A stretch of 39,404 bases of DNA from Chloroflexota bacterium (lineage in GTDB: Bacteria > Chloroflexota > Limnocylindria > P2-11E), in NCBI GenBank assembly GCA_009692785.1, contig SHYN01000003.1, positions 1 through 39,404 of the forward strand, given 5' to 3'. Shown piece after piece: positions 35,895-39,404 of the stretch; the first letter of the stretch is position 1, and every line of letters begins with the position of its first letter. A program made the position numbers and the translations under genes. The notes beneath the pieces are model-generated. The model did not search any database and was not told the DNA's origin. It worked only from the letters and a program-made list of their open reading frames with translations.

Positions 35895-35922
35895 TTGCAT
35901 CCTGCTCGCGGTCCCGTAGGAT
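35895..35922 (+). promoter_or_regulatory. Putative sigma70-type promoter for the three-gene membrane module
   Basis: TTGCAT (35895-35900), 16 nt spacer, TAGGAT (35917-35922). Confidence 0.5.
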
Positions 35923-35999
35923 TTCGAGCATCGCGCGGAACACATCGCGGCCACGGTGCGAAGATCCAGCACCCATACGGCCTCGCGGAGGAGTCAAGA

Positions 36000-36827
36000 G
36001 TGGCGACAACCGCCGCGGTCCCCGACGAGCGTCGTGAAACCGTCGCCGCGGTCCGGCTCCTCGCAACCGAGGTGGGACCTCGCGACGAGGCGATGGGACT
36101 GCTGCTGGGGCGCTTCGCCGAGGCTGTCGAAGAGCGGCGCCCCGACGAGGCCAAGGCCTACGCGGCGGTGCTCGAGCCGCGGGTCATCGCGGAGTCGCTG
36201 CTCGGCGGCACGTCCGGGATCTGGAGCGTGTTCGAGGTGGCGAGGAACGTCGTGATCTTCCTTCCCATCGCCGTGACCTGGTACGGGCTCGCCACCGCGA
36301 GCGCCGGTTACGCGGAGCTGCTCACAAAGGATCCCAGCCTCGCCGGGCTGCCGTTCCTGCTCCTCTGGCAGGAGAGCTTCCGTGGCGCCGGTTCGGTCAT
36401 CAGCTTCAGCACCCTCGCGACGATCGACGCCAGCCTCATCGGCCTCCTCATCGCGCTCTCGCTCGCGCTCAACGCCCACAGCGAGGTGCGCGACACGCGG
36501 CTCCGGTCGCGCATCCTGCTGCGCGAATCGGAGATCCGCGGCCTGGTCGGCCACGCCCTGAGCCTGGCCAGCACCTCGGACCTGGACGCGGTCGAGTCGG
36601 GGGCGGTCCTGGATCAGATGATCGCCGAGGAGCGGCGGATCTACGAAAGGGCCCGCGAGGGCGAGCAGCAGCTGTTCCAGCTCGAGGCCGCCGTCGGCGA
36701 GCTTCGCCAGGCGGCCATGGAGCTGACGCGAGCCGCCGGCGCACTGAACGCCCGCATCGACCTGCCCTCGAGCCACGAGCGCCCGCCATCCACCGCGGCC
36801 GGTCGGACCGGCCAGGACCCCAGGTGA
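36000..36827 (+). CDS. Two-TM membrane protein with C-terminal coiled coil (candidate MotA/ZorA/GldL-like stator subunit)
   Basis: GGAGGAG SD plus GTG 36000; TM1 FEVARNVVIFLPIAVTWYGL, loop PFLLLWQESF, TM2 FSTLATIDASLIGLLIALSLAL, then heptad-rich tail. CDS is solid; function is inferred. Confidence 0.7.
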   Translation: MATTAAVPDERRETVAAVRLLATEVGPRDEAMGLLLGRFAEAVEERRPDEAKAYAAVLEPRVIAESLLGGTSGIWSVFEVARNVVIFLPIAVTWYGLATASAGYAELLTKDPSLAGLPFLLLWQESFRGAGSVISFSTLATIDASLIGLLIALSLALNAHSEVRDTRLRSRILLRESEIRGLVGHALSLASTSDLDAVESGAVLDQMIAEERRIYERAREGEQQLFQLEAAVGELRQAAMELTRAAGALNARIDLPSSHERPPSTAAGRTGQDPR

Positions 36828-36838
36828 ACGACAGCTAG

Positions 36839-37336
36839 GTGCTCGGAGCGAACCGAGGCGTCAGCATCTCGCTCGTCGGCTGGCTCTGGGCTGACATCCT
36901 CCTGGGCCTGTTCGTCATCTTCCTTGCCGCATCGAGCGCACCGACGCCGGTGGTGAAGGCGACCCCGACGCCCAGCGCGTCGGCGAGCGCGACCTCCGCC
37001 CCGGGCATCGACCCACAGCCGTTCACCCTGGCGCGATTCCCGGTGAACGGGGCGTCGCTGCTCAGCAACGATCCGGTGCTCGTGGCCGCAGAGCAGCAGC
37101 GGATCGCAACGGAGCTCAGCGCGAAGCTCGCCGCGGCTCAGCCGGGTCGGCGGGCGGCCATGGTCCTTGCTTACGGCGCACACGAGGATCCGGTTCAGGG
37201 CGATCGTCTCGTGCGAGCGGCGACCCAGGGTCTCCGCTCGGGTCCGTTCGACGGCTCGACGATCAAGACGTATCACGAGCTCGTCACCGGTGACCGTGGA
37301 AGCACGATCACGGTGGAGGTGTACCTCTATCGATAG
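36839..37336 (+). CDS. Single-TM protein with MotB/ZorB-like TM motif and a degenerate OmpA/MotB-like extracellular domain
   Basis: GWLWADILLGLFVIFL resembles the MotB W-x-x-(Y)AD TM with a membrane Asp; Pro/Thr linker; C-terminal alpha/beta domain ending ITVEVYLY. Confidence 0.65.
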   Translation: MLGANRGVSISLVGWLWADILLGLFVIFLAASSAPTPVVKATPTPSASASATSAPGIDPQPFTLARFPVNGASLLSNDPVLVAAEQQRIATELSAKLAAAQPGRRAAMVLAYGAHEDPVQGDRLVRAATQGLRSGPFDGSTIKTYHELVTGDRGSTITVEVYLYR

Positions 37337-37343
37337 CCAGGGC

Positions 37344-38345
37344 GTGGGTGGCGTCGGGCCCACGACTCCGCCGGATCTGGCGGAGGGTCTCCTCACCGCG
37401 CGTCGCTCGATGCTTGGCCGCGCGCTCCGGTCCGGTTCGGCCGCAGCCGTTGCCCGGGCCGCAGCCCGCCTGCGACTTCGCACCGCCGAGCTCGAGCCGA
37501 CCGACGCCTCCGCCGCGCGGCGGGCGACCATGCGACTCGGACACCTTCTCCGCGAGGAGCGTTTTCGGCGACGCGTCGTGACGCCCGCGACGACCGGGGG
37601 CAGGGTCACCTCAAGCCGGCTCCGACCACGGTCCTCCCCGGTCCCCCGACTCCTTCGCGCGTTGACGCTCGCGAGCGTCGTGCTGCTGGCCGCAGCCGCG
37701 ATCGCGTCCGCCTGGCCGAGACCCGACGCGCGCCGCGGCGCACCGGTCGGCGGACCGGCGGACGAGCCGGCGGTGGGCGCGAGCGTCGCGTCGCTCACCT
37801 CACCCCCACCGGCGAGCACCGCCGAGCCGGCGCCGTTCGCTCTTCCGGTGACCCTCGGCCTCACCGGCATCACGAGCCCGACCTATGTCGCTCCCGTGGT
37901 GCCGATCCGCACCTCCGCGCCCGCGCCGCCCACCGCGGCACCCGGGCCTGCCGCGCCACAGCCGGGTGGCAGAGTTGGAGGCGGAGGACCCCCGCCGACG
38001 GCCACACCCCCACCAGCGCCGAGCTCGGCGGTCTTTCTCCCAGCGAACGGTCTCGTCGGCCTGCGGCCGCTGCAGCCGGGCGAGCGGCGCTGGCAGGGGC
38101 TTGTCGTGGGAGCCGATGGACTGGCCATCGCGGACGTCTGCATCGAGATCGGGCCGCGCTCGTGCCAACCGATCTCGTCGCGCTCCGACTCATTCGGGTC
38201 GTGGTACTTCGATCTCCCCGCGATCGCGCTCATCTGGGACGTGCGCTTCGTGAAGGCCGGCTACACGACCATCACCATGCAGATCAACTCCGGAGCCAAC
38301 GCGCAGAGCCTCATGGTCATCCGCCTCGCGAAGAGCACGCCGTGA
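37344..38345 (+). CDS. Single-TM protein with Pro-rich linker and C-terminal carboxypeptidase-regulatory-like beta domain (TonB/TolA-like architecture)
   Basis: Basic N-terminal region, TM LTLASVVLLAAAAIASAW, long Pro/Ala/Thr spacer, GLVVGADG.AIADVCIEIG...SDSFGSWYF...VRFVKAGYTT domain with a Cys pair. Start uncertain (GTG 37344). Confidence 0.65.
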   Translation: MGGVGPTTPPDLAEGLLTARRSMLGRALRSGSAAAVARAAARLRLRTAELEPTDASAARRATMRLGHLLREERFRRRVVTPATTGGRVTSSRLRPRSSPVPRLLRALTLASVVLLAAAAIASAWPRPDARRGAPVGGPADEPAVGASVASLTSPPPASTAEPAPFALPVTLGLTGITSPTYVAPVVPIRTSAPAPPTAAPGPAAPQPGGRVGGGGPPPTATPPPAPSSAVFLPANGLVGLRPLQPGERRWQGLVVGADGLAIADVCIEIGPRSCQPISSRSDSFGSWYFDLPAIALIWDVRFVKAGYTTITMQINSGANAQSLMVIRLAKSTP

Positions 38346-38356
38346 TCGCTCCGTAA

Positions 38357-38740
38357 GTGGCCGCGCTAGGCGTTCGCCTCGCGGCGCCACACGTCGAAAC
38401 GCTGCTCGATGCGCTGGCGACACGTGACGCCGCGGTCGCGGATTTCGCGCGGGTGTTCCGGGGGGCGGACGTCATCGTCACGGTCTCGCGCACCTCGACG
38501 GCGCCGCGACTCGACCAGCCCCGCGCGCCGCGCTCGACCGACTCGATATCGGACCTCCTGCGGGCGGCCGCGAATCTGGCGGGCCTCCCAGGCGTGAGCT
38601 TCCCCTGCGGCCTCGCGACCGACGGACTGCCGGTCGGCCTGCAGCTCATTGGGCCGGCCCGCTCGGAGCCGCTGCTCCTCGCCATCGCGAGCGCTTATCA
38701 GCGCGCGACGGACCACCATCTGCGGCGGCCGCCGGTCTGA
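38357..38740 (+). pseudogene. C-terminal fragment of an amidase-signature (GatA-like) protein
   Basis: DF..VF...DVIV, ANLAGLPGVSFPCG...GLPVGLQLIG...E..LL.IA.AYQRATDHH; only 127 aa, lacks the GGSS signature and catalytic Lys/Ser. Confidence 0.7.
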
Positions 38741-38800
38741 CGCGCGGCGACCGCAGGATGCCGCCGCAGCGGAGCGGCAGGCCTGCACCCGACCGCTGTG

Positions 38801-39403
38801 TCAAGCGCAGCGCGCGATGCGGCCGTCGCCGGTCAGCACGATCTCGCCACGGAGCAGCGCGGTGGCGAGAAGCGTCGCGGCCTCGGCCGGCGCAAGGCGC
38901 AGCTGTGCGCCGAGGGCGTCCGCCGAGAGCGGGCCGGCGGCGAGAAGCTCGCGAAGCGCGGCGCCCACGCCGGTCCCAGCCCCTTGGGGGGCAGGCTCGA
39001 TCGAGCGCAGGCCGAGCGCTTCGAGGAGCATCGGGGCGCCGGTGAGCGCGCGGGCGGTGCCCGAGGCGATCAGGCTGTTCGTTCCCTCCGAACGCATCGC
39101 GCCGAGCGGGCCCGGAATGGCGTAGAGCGGGCGCCCGAGCTGCGCGGCCTCGGCAGCGGTGATGAGCGCGCCGGAGCGCTCCCCCGCCTCAACGATGACC
39201 ACCACGTCGGCCAGGGCGGCGATGGTCGCGTTGCGCCTCGCGAACATCCAACCCTGTGCGCGAAGGCCCGGTGCGTACTCGGAAACGAGAGCGCCGTGCT
39301 GCCGCAGCCGCGTCGCGAGGTGCCGCCGGCGACCGCGCACGCCGGCATCGAATGCGGTGAGCCCCTCGCCGAGCACGGCGATCGAGGAAGCGCCGGCCTC
39401 GAG
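38801..39403 (-). CDS. dprA: DNA-processing protein DprA, 3' part (5' end beyond the window)
   Basis: IAVLGEG, GALVSEY.PG, FARRN..IAAL, VEAGERSGALITA..A..LGR, IPG, GTNSLI, C-terminal winged-helix-like region. Confidence 0.92.
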   Translation of the reverse strand, partial: LEAGASSIAVLGEGLTAFDAGVRGRRRHLATRLRQHGALVSEYAPGLRAQGWMFARRNATIAALADVVVIVEAGERSGALITAAEAAQLGRPLYAIPGPLGAMRSEGTNSLIASGTARALTGAPMLLEALGLRSIEPAPQGAGTGVGAALRELLAAGPLSADALGAQLRLAPAEAATLLATALLRGEIVLTGDGRIARCA

Positions 39404-39404
39404 C

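Noticed and set aside
34482-35999. 5' extension making a 781-aa ORF (34482-36827)
   Set aside because: Antisense shadow of the Ig-repeat gene; the real gene starts at GTG 36000 after a GGAGGAG SD.
36000-37336. Calling the pair a complete Zorya defence system or flagellar stator
   Set aside because: No zorC/D/E or flagellar genes adjacent, only two clear TMs and a short tail in the A-like protein; kept as an unassigned motor-like candidate.
124-39348. Numerous overlapping 60-450 aa ORFs in the six-frame track
   Set aside because: Arg/Pro/Ala-rich shadow frames expected at about 70% GC, overlapping well-supported genes and lacking motifs.

Overview
High-GC bacterial chromosomal window, mostly housekeeping, probably from a monoderm lineage such as Chloroflexota (inferred from the MurE EDPR motif, tandem FemAB ligases and short SecD). 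In order it contains: the 5' end of a secreted protein, aspA, a two-subunit 2-oxoacid:ferredoxin oxidoreductase, a stand-alone OvoA-C-terminal-like methyltransferase, a ChrB-domain protein, a YczE-type membrane protein, a Suv3-like helicase, rnhA, a mosaic Rieske-oxygenase/SQR-like pseudogene, rel, recJ, a deacetylase-like lipoprotein, an alpha/beta hydrolase, secF, secD, tatB, pyrF, phnDCE, a topA-femAB-femAB-murE-kinase-TolB-like run, manC, trpS, a large Ig-repeat surface protein, a divergent three-gene membrane module, an amidase fragment and the 3' part of dprA. The best candidate for an undescribed system is 33240-38345. There a 2-TM coiled-coil protein, a single-TM protein with a MotB-like W-x-x-AD motif and a TonB/TolA-like TM/Pro-rich protein sit back-to-back with the Ig-repeat surface protein, whose N-terminal domain recurs (32/40 aa identical) in the partial gene at the window start. 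No rRNA, tRNA, CRISPR array or intact mobile element was recognised. All family assignments come from motif recognition by eye, not from database searches.
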